DNA of 64,000 nt from an uncultured Verrucomicrobiae bacterium (lineage in GTDB: Bacteria; Verrucomicrobiota; Verrucomicrobiia; Palsa-1439): the NCBI GenBank assembly GCA_963812605.1, contig CAWEWF010000014.1, forward strand, positions 640,001 to 704,000, written 5' to 3'. The notes beneath the pieces are model-generated. The model had not been told where the DNA came from, did no database searches, and saw nothing but the letters and a program-made list of their open reading frames with translations. Positions 42,571 through 53,784 of the stretch are shown in pieces (the stretch's first letter is position 1; every line of letters starts with the position of its first letter). The translations under genes and the position numbers were made by a program.

Positions 42571-44001
42571 CTAGGACCTCACCATCTTCATTGCGAGGCT
42601 CTTGCCGTGTTCAAGCAACTTCTTCACACGCGTGCTCGTGGCGGCTTCGCTGTAGATGCGAATGATCGGCTCGGTGCCGGAGGTGCGGAACATCAACCAG
42701 GAATCGTCCTTCGCAAGGTACTTCACGCCATCGAGGTCCTTCATCTGGACCAGCGGCACCCCGAGTAATTCCTTCGGCGGTTGGGTGCGCAGGGCCTCGA
42801 TGAAGCTTTCGCGCTTCTCCAGCGGAAACTTCATGTCGATGCGATCGTAGCAACTGGCGCCAAATTCCTTCTGCAGTTCGCGCGCAATCTCGGTGAGGCG
42901 TTTGCCGGTCATCGTCAACATCTCCAGCAGCATCAAATTGGCCAGCATGCCGTCACGCTCGGGAATATGACCCTGAAACCCGATGCCGCCGCTTTCTTCG
43001 CCGCCGATCAGCACATCCGTTTCGCGCATCTGTTCGCAGATGTATTTGAATCCCACCGGCACCTCCGCCATTCTCAAGCCGTTCGCGCGGCAAATGCGAT
43101 CGATGAGCACGGTGCTGTTGGCGGATTTCACCACCAAGCCGGTCTTCTGTCCGCGGTTGCGAATCAAATGCAGCAACAGCATGGCGAACACAAGCTGGAT
43201 CGACTCGTACTGGCCCTTGTCGTTCACGATGCCGAGCCGGTCCGCATCCCCGTCGGTCGCCAACCCAATTTGCGCGCGCGTCTTCTTTACCGCTTCGCAC
43301 AACGCGCCAAGGTTCTTGCCAATGGGCTCGGGGTTGATGCCGCCAAACAGCGGGTCGCGATTTGCCCGGATCGTCTCCACCCGACAGGCCGACTTCGCGA
43401 GAATCGTCTCCAACTGCGTGCCACCACAACCATACATCGAGTCCACGACAATCCGCAGCTTGTTCCCACGAATCTTTCTGAGATCGATGATCTTCTTCAC
43501 GGCCGCGACGTGCGCCGCGCGGGGATCGTAAATCGCAATCGACCCGCTCTTCACCGCTTCGTCGAAGCCGATCATACGGACGGGTGACCGGTCCACGCGC
43601 GCTTCCACTTGCGCGCAAATCTCGGGATCCGCCGGCCCGGCGTAATGCGCCTTGAGTTTGTAACCATTGAACTGGGGAGGATTGTGGCTGGCGGTGATCA
43701 TGACCGCTCCCGCAAGCGCCCGGTCGCGCACGGCGAACGTCACGGCCGGCGTCGGCACCGCCAGTGGCGGATAATAAGCCTTGATCCCATTGGCGGCGAG
43801 GACCTCGCACACCAGTTTCGCGTACGTCTCCGATAGAAAGCGATTATCGTAACCGACAATCGCTGCTTTCTGTGTGCCGACCAGGGAATTCCAATAATCC
43901 GCGGTCGCCTGGGCCACGCGACGCACGTTTTCAAACGTAAAATCCTCGGCGATCACTCCCCGCCAGCCGTCCGTCCCGAATTTAATCCTGGTTGGTTGCA
44001 T
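42571..44001 (-). CDS. Phosphoglucomutase/phosphomannomutase
   Basis: Motifs FGTDGWRG, TASHNP, DGDADR, GEESGG and RTSGTEP. Confidence 0.93.
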   Translation of the reverse strand: MQPTRIKFGTDGWRGVIAEDFTFENVRRVAQATADYWNSLVGTQKAAIVGYDNRFLSETYAKLVCEVLAANGIKAYYPPLAVPTPAVTFAVRDRALAGAVMITASHNPPQFNGYKLKAHYAGPADPEICAQVEARVDRSPVRMIGFDEAVKSGSIAIYDPRAAHVAAVKKIIDLRKIRGNKLRIVVDSMYGCGGTQLETILAKSACRVETIRANRDPLFGGINPEPIGKNLGALCEAVKKTRAQIGLATDGDADRLGIVNDKGQYESIQLVFAMLLLHLIRNRGQKTGLVVKSANSTVLIDRICRANGLRMAEVPVGFKYICEQMRETDVLIGGEESGGIGFQGHIPERDGMLANLMLLEMLTMTGKRLTEIARELQKEFGASCYDRIDMKFPLEKRESFIEALRTQPPKELLGVPLVQMKDLDGVKYLAKDDSWLMFRTSGTEPIIRIYSEAATSTRVKKLLEHGKSLAMKMVRS

Positions 44002-44653
44002 GCTTCCTTAATTCCGCGATGGCTTCCTCCAGATTCAGCGTCTTATGCCGAAACAACGAATTTCCCGCCACCAGAATGGTCGCGCCGGCGGCGACACACT
44101 GGCGGCCTGTCTCCGGATTGATCCCCCCATCGACAATAATCGGCAAATTCGCCGCCACGGATCGCAGCGCGCGAACCTTCGGCAACATTTCCGGAAGGAA
44201 TGCCTGGCCGCCGAAGCCCGGATGCACCGTCATCACCAGCAGTTCATCGATTTGGCCGAGAAACGGCAACGCGCTCTCCGCCGTCGTGGTGGGGTTGATC
44301 GCCAGGCCCGCAGCCTTCCCGTGAGCGCGAATCTGCGCCAGTGTCTTCGCGACATCATGCGGCGCTTCGAGATGGACGATCAGGTGGCTTGCGCCAGCCG
44401 CGACGAATTGGTCAATGTATTGATCGGGGCGTTCGATCATCAGGTGCACATCCAGCGGCAGCTTCGTTGCCTTGCGGAAGGCGGCGATTGTATCGGGACC
44501 GAACGTGATATTTGGCACAAAATGGCCATCCATCACATCGCAATGCAGCCAATCTCCCCCACCCTGCTCCGTCCGTTGCGCATCCCGCGCGAAATGGCCA
44601 AAATCGCCGGCAAGAATCGAAGGGGCGACGACGATGTTTCGCGGTGCGGTCAC
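43982..44653 (-). CDS. rpe: Ribulose-phosphate 3-epimerase
   Basis: Motifs APSIL, HCDVMDGHFVPNITFG, MTVHPGFGGQ and VDGGIN. Confidence 0.96.
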   Translation of the reverse strand: MTAPRNIVVAPSILAGDFGHFARDAQRTEQGGGDWLHCDVMDGHFVPNITFGPDTIAAFRKATKLPLDVHLMIERPDQYIDQFVAAGASHLIVHLEAPHDVAKTLAQIRAHGKAAGLAINPTTTAESALPFLGQIDELLVMTVHPGFGGQAFLPEMLPKVRALRSVAANLPIIVDGGINPETGRQCVAAGATILVAGNSLFRHKTLNLEEAIAELRKHATNQD

Positions 44654-45039
44654 TTCCCTGGCCGTTGGATAAGTTCGATTTCGTAGCCTTCCGGCGCGTC
44701 AATAAAGGCGAAAATCGTGCCCGGCGCCGATCCCACCGGTCCGTCGGACAATTTCACGCCCTTCTTCTCGAGCTGCTTCGCGAAAGCTGCTAGATCGTCC
44801 ACCTCGAACGCGAGGTGCGTGAGATCCGGCGGCACGTGGACGGGGCCGCTCGCCGGGTAGCAGCAGAGCTCGATCTCCTCTGCGCTTTCGGGGGCCTTCA
44901 TAAAAACCAATTCCGAGCCGCGCGGTGATTTGTGCCGGCCGGTTTCCTCGAGACCCAGCACGTCCCGATAGAACGCAACCGTCTTCTCCAAGTCGTTCAC
45001 ACGAAAGCGGGTATGGAGCAATTTGCGGATCTTCGCCAT
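44650..45039 (-). CDS. VOC/lactoylglutathione lyase-like protein
   Basis: Motifs LLHTRFRV, FYRDVLG, HLAFEVDD and DAPEGYEIEL. Confidence 0.85.
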   Translation of the reverse strand: MAKIRKLLHTRFRVNDLEKTVAFYRDVLGLEETGRHKSPRGSELVFMKAPESAEEIELCCYPASGPVHVPPDLTHLAFEVDDLAAFAKQLEKKGVKLSDGPVGSAPGTIFAFIDAPEGYEIELIQRPGK

Positions 45040-45250
45040 ATTCTCCTCAGTGGCCATGTTGGTTCGGAAACGGCCCTTCCGAGCCGTACTTCTGGACATA
45101 CCAGTAGTCCGCCGCCATCAGTAGCAGGATAACGGCCAAAAACAGCGCAATCGCAACCAGTACTTTCCTCATCGCGTTTGACTGTAATGGAAACCTGCCC
45201 GCGGGACAAGCCGCGAGCAGGATCACGCGCCAGCGAATGTTCCGCCGCCG

Positions 45251-48200
45251 CTATTTGAAGAGATCGATGGTGATCTTCTCGGCGGCTGTATCCGTGCCCT
45301 TCAACTTTAGCGCAGCAGGACTGGTAGCGCTGAAGGTACCCGAGAAGTTGATCGACTTGCTATCGAACGTAACGTAGCCAACAACCTTGTCGTGGGACGT
45401 CACCAGCAATTGCCCCACCACCGTGCCCGGAGCAGCGCTCGTGGCAATGTCGAATACGGCGGCATCCGTGGCGTTGGAACTGATTATGTAGTTCACCGCA
45501 GCCGCTGTCTTGACCACCGTCACCGCGCCCGTCCAGGTACCGCTGACATCCGGGAAGGTCGTCGCCAGCACGCCCTTCCAGTGGAACGTGCCCGAAGCAG
45601 TCGGCACGGTCGCGCTGATACCCTTGAGACTCTTGGCTTTCAACGACAGAGTACCGGTCCAATTTGTCGTGCTGCCGGTCTCTTCGAGGAAGGGTCCCGT
45701 CACCAGTCCCTTGGCGGCGAAGCTCCAATGGCCCGACACATCATCCAATCCAAACGTCTTGAGCCGAATCCCAAAGCCGCTCGCGCTATAGTCATCCTCG
45801 AACGTCAGGAATTCGTAGCCTTTGTCGGCCCCGGCGATCTTGACCTCCCAATCGCCCAGGGGCGAGTTCTTCGCCCCGACGGTAATGGTCACCCCCGCGG
45901 AGATATTGGTCAGGCCAAATATCTCACTCGCACGCGCGCTAAGGACATGGATGCCGGGCGTGGGATGGAACACGTTTGTTCCGGGGTTCGAGGTCGTTGA
46001 CCCGAGCTCCGTGATGCCATCGAAGAATTCAATGTTACCGACGGTGCCGCCATCGTTGGCGACGGCATTGGCGACAATGGTGACCGCCAAGTTCGTGGCC
46101 GGCGGGTACAACATGCCGTTCCCAGGACGCGCGATGGTCACCGTTGGCGGCGTGCTCACGGCATTCGTTACCGTAATCAGATTCGCTCTATTGGTCGAAC
46201 TCGAACCCGCCGGACCCGAGACCGTAAGGGTAACGGAGTAGATGCCGGCGTTGGAATACGTGTGACTCGGGCTGGTCAGGGCACTGGCGCCGCCATCGCC
46301 GAACAGCCATGAGTGGTTCGTAATCGAGCCCGTCGAGGCATCGGTGAAGTTCACCAAGAGCGGCACCACGCCACTCAAGGGACTGGCGGTGAATGCCGCC
46401 ACGGGGGCGCCGACGAAATTCGTCACGGTAATGAAATTCGGGCGCGCCAGCGTGTTCGAGCCGAGCGGGCCCAAAACCGTCAAGCTGACCGAGAAAGTTC
46501 CCGCGTTCGTGTAGGGGTGACTCGGACTGGTCAGAGTGCTTGTCCCTCCATCACCGAAGGCCCACAGCCGGCCCGTCACCGTGCCGCTGGAAGCATCGGT
46601 GAAATTCACCAGCAGCGTCGCCGCGCCGTTGGTCGGGGTCCCGTTAAAGCCCGCGACCGGTGCAACTGCACCCGAACCGGTGACGGCGTTGGTCGAGACA
46701 CCGCCGTTACTGGTGAATACAACGGAACCTGTAAACGCTCCGACGGCCACCGGATTGAACGCCACGTCGACGGTCCCCGTTTGACCGCTGGCGACATTGT
46801 ACGGCGTGCCACTGATGGTAGTGAATGGACCGCTGAGGACAGTCGCTGTTCCCGACAACAGAGCCGCCCCCTCGTTGACGACGGAGAAGCTTTGTGTGCT
46901 GCTCTGACCGACAGCGAGGAGTCCATAATTGAGGCTTGCGGGCAAAACCACCTGCTGTGCAACCGTGCCGATCCCCGTCACGGTATTCGTGGCTCCGCCA
47001 CCGTTGCTGGCGAAGACTACCTGGCTGGTGAAGTTGCCCGCGGTCAGCGGCGTGAAATTAACAAATACATTCGTCGAGCCGAAGGCGGTCACGTTGAAGG
47101 GACTGCCCGAGGCGATCGCAAATGGGGCGCCGCCAACGACCGCCGTTCCGGCAAGCGTCGTTGCGCCACTGTTGGTCACTACAAAGCTGACCTGCGCGGT
47201 CGTGCCTGTAAAAACCGCTCCAAAGGACTGACTCGCGGGCGTCGCGGCAAGAGTGGCGGGTACCAAAGCACTGTCGATGTTGGTGGCGGTATTGTTCGCC
47301 AGGCTTGGGTCGGGGCTAAACGCGCTCGCTTCCGCAAGATTGGTCAACGAGGCGCTCGACGACGGATCCACGAGCAGGCTGATCGAAGCCGTGGTGCCAT
47401 TGGTCAGATCCTGGAGATTACAAATAACGCGCCCAAACACATCCGTTACGCAGGCGCCCTGGCTTGGCGTTGCGGAAATGAACACAACGCTGTCCGGCGG
47501 GGTATCCGTCACCATGGTGCCAAACGCAATGCCCGGTCCAATGTTGGTCACCGTGATTGTGTAGGTGAGATTACTGCCGACGAACACAGGACTGGATGAG
47601 GCGGATTGACTGATCGCCAGATCGGCTTCACTGCCGGCCGTGCAACAGTTGCCGCCGTCGTTGATCTCAACGCCGTCAATCAGCCAGCCATTGCCGCCGC
47701 CACTGTCAGCAGTCACACAGCGCCAGCGCAATGTGACGTTTTGGCCGGCAGCAGCGGCCGGCAGGTTCACCAAGGTGGTGATCCAACCGCCGGAATTGCC
47801 CGACCATGCCGCCAGACCGACGAGACTGCTGTTCGAGTTGCTGTTGATAATATGTGAATAGCCGCCCTGCTCGAAACTGCCGCCGGCGTCCAGGATATCG
47901 TCGAACGCGCCCGCGCCGATCGCGATTTCGAGCACGCCACCATCAAAGCCCGGCACCAAGTCGTAGTTATTGCGGAAAATCATTTGCGCATTGGAGCTGG
48001 TGATCGCAATACTCGGCGTAATAAGCTGCGCCTCGCCCAGGTCATTCGTATCGGGGCAAAAAGCCGCATTTGGCGCTGTGTCCGCATCGCTGTTGGTCGT
48101 GACCCAGCCCGACAACGCACCGCTTCCGACGGTGGACCAACCGGCCGGCAAGGCCGGCGCTGTGACGGAATCGAAATTCTGGGTGAAAACGCCGTTGGGC

Positions 48201-50036
48201 GTGCCGACCGGCAAAAGGAAACTCACGGTGCCAAGATTCACCGCCCCACTCTGCAGTTGGAGAGTTGCCAGAACGTTGCTGCCGCACGCGGCATCGACGA
48301 GGAACGAGATCACACTCGTGTTCGTCGTTCCACCCGCCAGGATTGTCCCAAAGTTGTGTGGCGCAGCGGGTGAGGTCACGCCGCCTGTGGCCTGCAAGGT
48401 TCCGACCACGTTGGTCGCATCCTGGCCACCGATATTCAGCAAGGAAAACTGGACGGCCGCGTGTTCAAAAGGATCGATAACGCCGTTGGTCGGGCTGCAA
48501 CTTCCGCTCACGACCACCGCATTGCTGGCAATGACGTGGGGACCGACCAGGACGTTGCCCCACCAGGTACCCCAAAGTGAAATACCCTCGATTGGGGTGG
48601 CGGAATACTCCTGAATCGTCCACATGTCGGTATCGTTGACAGGATCCACAATTGTCGAGGTATGGTCACCCCAACGGTCGCTACGGTCAAAAGGCGATTC
48701 GCCGGCCTTGAGCAGGGTTTCTCCCTCAAGCGTGTTCGTGGGGTCGGTCCCAGCACGGAAAGCGAAGTAAGCACTGGGGAAATTGGTTGCGCAGAACCGC
48801 ACGTACCCAATGAGGGCGTCGTTGTTTTGGTTCACGGCGATACTCGGATAACCGTAAAATAGATTGCCGGTGGGATCGTCAAGGCGGCCCCGCTGGAGGA
48901 TCGTGCCATCGGCGCGGATCTGCCACCATTGAATGGCGCTACGGGTGGCGGAACCCCCCGCGGGAAGGAAAACGGTATGGGCGGCCCAAATCGCGCCGTT
49001 GCGGTAAACGGTCTCGGACAAACGGGAATCGTCCAGCCCGATCATTTGCGCGGTTCCCAGCTGCGGCGCAAAATCATACGATGGCGAAAAATCATCCCAC
49101 GGATTCGGCGTGCTAACCTGCGGCCCGATCTGCAGGATTTCCGACCCGACGGTGCCGGTGATCGAAAGCACTCGCAACAAGCCATCGCCACCGGAGTCGC
49201 CGGTAATTTCCGTCAGCATGTATAGATTGGACAGTGTGCTGTCATATGTCGCCGCCGGGCAGTTGGATGGTGCCGAAATTGGAAATATCCGCATTGATGA
49301 ATTCGGTGTAGTGTCCCGTTCCGCCCGCGTACAGGTCGGCCTTGTCGAAAGCGTAAATCTGGGATTGCGCGAAGGCTGCGAGGGTACCCGGCCCGTTGGT
49401 AAACGCGGTCACCGAGACCACGACCCAATTGGTATTAAAACCGAAACTCGGGTAATTGACCCAATTGGCGCCGTTGGTGTCGGCAGGGACTCGATAAAGG
49501 TTCCAATTGCCGGTGGGATCGCTGGTCTGGGAGACCCCGATCAGGGTCGAGGAAGTGTTTGTGTTGTAATCCGCCACAGCGGTGGTTATCCAACGGCCTT
49601 GGTAGGGGTCGTAAAGCACCTTCGGGTCGAACGCGCCGCGCGGGTCGAGGTATGGGCCGAGCACTCCCCAAAACTGCTGCAACGTAATCATGCTGAGGAC
49701 TGTGCCGTCGCGTTTTTGGATGCGAATTGAGTTATCCAACATCGAGACCACGTGATTCGGTCCAATCGCACCGCCGGGGAATGGCGGATCCTGCGTGCCG
49801 CCATCGTCCTGCGCCTCGAACGTGATGGCCGGGGGTGACGAGGTGAGGTTTGTGCCGGGAACCGATACCGCCGGGTTCGTCACCAGGCTGCTAAAGTTAA
49901 TGACGGCCCTGGTCGCCGCTGTACCGGGTGTGCCCGTAAAGGTTTGGCCAAATGCCTGCCCCACCAGCATGACAAACGAAACGGTAAAAAGCAATGCACC
50001 GACCTGGCGATGGTCACGCGAAAACATGGTCCCCAC
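45251..50036 (-). CDS. Large secreted/surface protein with DUF11, two Ig-like (choice-of-anchor D-like), two PKD and Ig domains (frameshift near 49290)
   Basis: Signal peptide; ADLAI...LTYTITVTNIGP (DUF11); two W.FGDG...PSH.Y PKD repeats; ORFs 49242..50036 and 45251..49294. Confidence 0.8.
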
Positions 50037-50253
50037 TCCTTTTTGTTACCGACAAATCTTCCTCCTCGGCAGTTCGTACGGAACGCGAATGTATCAGGAA
50101 ACGTCATTCTGACAAGCCCAAAGTGAACATCAAACAACCAAACCCTCCTAGGAAGGCCGCCTATGGCAATTTCCAAGCTGTCAGAATCGCGTAACTTTTT
50201 TTGCGCCACTTCAACTCTTGCACTGCCGGGCAGAAACATTAGACTGCGCTCTC

Positions 50254-51033
50254 ATGCTCATCGACTACCACATGCACACGGAGTTGACCGACGGAACGGG
50301 ACGACCCGCTGATTACGCCCGTGTCGCCGTGGAGCGCGGCCTTGACGAAATTGGCTGCTCGGACCACGCGCCCCTGGCCGACCGCGAGACGGATTGGACC
50401 ATGAAGAAGTCGGACCTGGAAACCTACGTCGACTGGGTGCGCGAGGCACAGGCAAAATTCCCACAGTTGCCGATCAAACTCGGGCTCGAGGTGGATTACT
50501 TGCCGGGGTGCGAGGGCTGGGTGCGGGAGTTGGCGACGATGTACCCCTGGGATTTCTTTCTCGGTAGTGTCCATTACCTGGGCGAGTTTCCCGTCGATCG
50601 CAGCGCGAAGGACTGGGAGGCGGAAGACGTGGAGGCACGCTGGCGCGAGTATTTTGAAGTCTGGAAAAAGGCGGCGCAAACCCGCCTGTTCGACTCCCTT
50701 TCCCACCCCGACCTGCCCAAAAAATTCAACTTCCGCCCCCAGACGGATTTCAGCAGTGTTTATGACGACGCGCTGCGTGTCGTCGCGGAATCCGAGATGG
50801 CGATTGAAGTCAGCACGGCCGGATTGCGCAAACCGTGCCGGGAGATTTACCCAAGCGAATCCTTCTTGAAGATCGCGCGCCGACGGAATGTCCCGATCAC
50901 CTTGGGCAGCGACGCGCACATCCCGCAAGACGTGGGCGCGAATTACGGCAAGGCCCTGGCGCTGGCCCGCTCGTGCGGTTACGACAGGATTTGCCGCTTC
51001 ACCCTGCGGAAGCGGGAACTCGTGAAGCTGTAA
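50254..51033 (+). CDS. PHP-family histidinol-phosphatase (HisJ/HisK-type)
   Basis: Motifs DYHMHT, SDHAP, GLEVDY, GSVHY, HPDLPK and GSDAH. Confidence 0.87.
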   Translation: MLIDYHMHTELTDGTGRPADYARVAVERGLDEIGCSDHAPLADRETDWTMKKSDLETYVDWVREAQAKFPQLPIKLGLEVDYLPGCEGWVRELATMYPWDFFLGSVHYLGEFPVDRSAKDWEAEDVEARWREYFEVWKKAAQTRLFDSLSHPDLPKKFNFRPQTDFSSVYDDALRVVAESEMAIEVSTAGLRKPCREIYPSESFLKIARRRNVPITLGSDAHIPQDVGANYGKALALARSCGYDRICRFTLRKRELVKL

Positions 51034-51057
51034 GCGACCATGCGGGATCGCGCCCTG

Positions 51058-51693
51058 TCACTTCAATCGGTAGTGTCCGATGATATGAAACTGGAACAGG
51101 ACATCTTCTTCCTGGGTCCCGCCGCCGATGTTGTGGATCACCAGCGGCACGCCCTTTTGATTCCGTCGGTCGGAAACGATCCCAATATGCGTGATGCCAC
51201 CTCCCAGATCCCAGGCTACGATGTCTCCGGCGACAAAGTTCTCCACCTTCTCGTCATGGGATTGTGCATAACCCTTCCGTTGAAAATAGGTCATTAGGTT
51301 GGGAACGCGCCGGTGATCGATGCTCGGATCCGGCTTCTTCAAACCCCATTTTTGGGGGTAGGCTGCGAAATCCTGGCCCATGTCCTGATGGATTTCCTTC
51401 TGCAGATCGATCCCCTGCTCGCGCAAGGCGCGGACCACCACATCCGCACATACGCCGGTGGTTTTTGGTAGATCGCCGCCAGGATAGTCCAGCTTGCGAT
51501 AGGCAGAGTCGTACGACACCGTGACCCCAATCTGACTTCTCGCCGACGCGACCAGCTTATCCGGTCGAACCTCGGCAGAGCAAACTGCGGTCGCAACCAC
51601 TAAGAAAGCTGCAACAAACTTCAGCACATTCTTCAGGGTAACAGTTCCCCCTACGGACTGCGGCGCAAATACTCGGGCGCGCAGTCCTGCCAA
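51058..51693 (-). CDS. DUF1287 (YijF-like) exported protein; start uncertain
   Basis: Motifs YPGGD, GVCADVVVRA, IDHRRVPNL, HIGIVS and HNIGGG. Confidence 0.85.
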   Translation of the reverse strand: MAGLRARVFAPQSVGGTVTLKNVLKFVAAFLVVATAVCSAEVRPDKLVASARSQIGVTVSYDSAYRKLDYPGGDLPKTTGVCADVVVRALREQGIDLQKEIHQDMGQDFAAYPQKWGLKKPDPSIDHRRVPNLMTYFQRKGYAQSHDEKVENFVAGDIVAWDLGGGITHIGIVSDRRNQKGVPLVIHNIGGGTQEEDVLFQFHIIGHYRLK

Positions 51694-51698
51694 TCAAC

Positions 51699-52043
51699 CT
51701 ACTTCGTTGCCGCGAGTACGGCGTCAAAAGCCTTGGGATCGTTCGTCGCGAGCTCGGCGAGGATCTTGCGGTCGAGCGCGATGTTAGCTTTCTTGAGCGC
51801 GGCGATGAAGCGGCTGTAATTGATGCCTTGGGCGCGGCAGGCGGCGTTGATGCGCAAGGTCCAGAGGGTGCGATAATCCGCTTTCTTGTCCTTGCGATGG
51901 GCGAAACTGTAGGTCAGGCCGTGCCAGACCGCGTTCTTCGCGTAACGGAATTTTTTGCTGCGCCAGCCGCGATAACCGGCGGCGGCTTTGATCATCCGTT
52001 TGCGGCGGCGCTGGCTGGCGGGGGCATTAGTGGCTCTTGGCAT
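51699..52043 (-). CDS. rplT: 50S ribosomal protein L20
   Basis: Motifs [17 protein letters not shown] and [10 protein letters not shown]. Confidence 0.97.
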   Translation of the reverse strand: MPRATNAPASQRRRKRMIKAAAGYRGWRSKKFRYAKNAVWHGLTYSFAHRKDKKADYRTLWTLRINAACRAQGINYSRFIAALKKANIALDRKILAELATNDPKAFDAVLAATK

Positions 52044-52092
52044 GGTGGTGAACTCCTGGGATTTTCAAATTGTCGATTTCAGCGGCTGTCAA

Positions 52093-52308
52093 TTAACCGC
52101 GATGACTGAATGGCATCACGTCCGTAATATGGTGCATATGGGTTACGCTGACCGCCTTGGTCTGGCCCAGGCGCCGCTTGTGCTTCGAGGACTTGTGTCC
52201 GTTCAGATGCCGCTTGCCTGCGCCGTAGCGCATCACTTTACCGGTCGCCGTGATCTTGAATCGCTTCGCGGCGGCTTTTTTTGTCTTGGCTGATTTCCAA
52301 CGTGGCAT
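52093..52308 (-). CDS. rpmI: 50S ribosomal protein L35
   Basis: [17 protein letters not shown] and GKRHL; lies between infC and rplT. Confidence 0.95.
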   Translation of the reverse strand: MPRWKSAKTKKAAAKRFKITATGKVMRYGAGKRHLNGHKSSKHKRRLGQTKAVSVTHMHHITDVMPFSHRG

Positions 52309-52331
52309 GTGCCGTTTCCTTCCAAAAATTT

Positions 52332-52889
52332 CTACGCTTCTTTTTCTTCTTCGTCCCGTGAGCCGTCCTGCTTCTTTCCGCCGCGCACGGGCGAGATCAT
52401 CATGGTGATGCTGCGTCCCATCAGCTTCGGCATCACCTCGGCCCGACTGCAACCCTGCAGATCCTCGATGATTTTCTGCATCAATTTATTGCCGTACTCC
52501 GGATGCGCGTTTTCGCGGCCCCGCAGCATCATGGTCACCTTTACCTTCATCCCGTCGCCGAGAAAATCCCGCATGTGATTGACCTTCGTCTCATAATCAT
52601 GCGGATCGATGTTCAACCGAATCTTGATTTCCTTCAGTTTGGTCGCGTGATGATGCTTGCGCGCTTCGCGGTCCCGCTTTTCCTGCTCGTACTTGTACTT
52701 GCCGAAATCGACGATGCGGCAAACCGGCGGCGTCGCGTTCGGCGCGACTTCCACCAAATCGTATCCTCGCTGCATGGCCGCCGCCAACGCCTGGCTGGTG
52801 GGCAGCACCCCGAGTTGCTTCCCGTCTGAGTCGATGACTCGTACTTCGCGCGCGCGAATCTTCTGGTTGACACGAACAAACTGTTGAAT
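52332..52889 (-). CDS. infC: Translation initiation factor IF-3 with ATT start
   Basis: AGGAGG-8 nt-ATT CAA CAG TTT GTT CGT GTC AAC; motifs [22 protein letters not shown] and RGRE. Confidence 0.95.
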   Translation of the reverse strand: MQQFVRVNQKIRAREVRVIDSDGKQLGVLPTSQALAAAMQRGYDLVEVAPNATPPVCRIVDFGKYKYEQEKRDREARKHHHATKLKEIKIRLNIDPHDYETKVNHMRDFLGDGMKVKVTMMLRGRENAHPEYGNKLMQKIIEDLQGCSRAEVMPKLMGRSITMMISPVRGGKKQDGSRDEEEKEA

Positions 52890-53085
52890 TGCTCCGACCT
52901 CCTGTTGGCCCTCAGCGGGTTGGCTTGGTTAAATGACTTCGCTCACAATTCTTTATATCGTAAATGCGTCCTGCGCTCCGTCAGCGTTAGCTTCCAACCG
53001 TCGATGCAGGCACGAATAGGCTCTCCTTTTACGGCTTTTCCCCCGTCAATGCAACAGTCTTTTTGAGCCCCATCCCTCAAGACCG

Positions 53086-53784
53086 TCAGGCCTGCTCTTT
53101 CAGGCCGTTTTCAAAGCGGTAACCGATCTCGCGGATGGTATGGATAAACGTGGGACGATGCGGGTCGGGCTCGATCTTGCTTCGCAGCGTGGTCACGCAA
53201 CGATCCACGCTGCGCGCGGTAACCATGACGGTATTACCCCAGACGGCGTTCATAATGCTGTCCCGCGTGAACGCGCGCCCGGGGTGTTGGAGAAAGTATT
53301 CGAGCAGGCGAAACTCCTTGTTCGTCAGCGGCACCTCGACGCCGTCCTTGAGCAGTCGGTGGGAGACGGTGTCGAGGTCGCAGCATCCGAACTGGTAGCT
53401 GGCCGACGCGCCCGCCTGCCGTCGACGGAGAAATGCCTGCGCGCGCGCCACCAGCTCACGCACGCTGAACGGCTTGGTAATGTAATCGTCCGCGCCGAGT
53501 TCCAGGCCGCGCACGATGTCTTCCTCCTGCCCTTTGGCCGTCAGCATGAGGATTGGCATTTCCAGTTTTTCGGCGCGGACAGCCCGGCAGATTTCAAAGC
53601 CGTTGATCTTCGGCAACATGATGTCGAGGAGGATGAGATCGGGTCGGCCATTCAAGGCGGCCTCCAACCCTTCCTCGCCGTCACGCGCGATTTGGACGTG
53701 ATAGCCGCGCGTGGCAAAGTTATCTTTGATCACGCGCAGGATTGTCGGGTCATCTTCGATGATGAGGATCTTGGACGGGGTCAT
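53086..53784 (-). CDS. OmpR-family response regulator
   Basis: Motifs ILIIEDD, DLILLDIMLP, LTAK and GADDYITKPF; winged-helix tail IHTIREIGYRF. Confidence 0.93.
   Translation of the reverse strand: MTPSKILIIEDDPTILRVIKDNFATRGYHVQIARDGEEGLEAALNGRPDLILLDIMLPKINGFEICRAVRAEKLEMPILMLTAKGQEEDIVRGLELGADDYITKPFSVRELVARAQAFLRRRQAGASASYQFGCCDLDTVSHRLLKDGVEVPLTNKEFRLLEYFLQHPGRAFTRDSIMNAVWGNTVMVTARSVDRCVTTLRSKIEPDPHRPTFIHTIREIGYRFENGLKEQA

Noticed and set aside
11685-47599. Long antisense and alternative-frame ORFs (e.g. 11685..12758, 20198..21322, 28110..29282, 37039..38100, 46313..47599)
   Set aside because: They are shadows of well-supported genes in high-GC DNA and carry no recognisable motifs.
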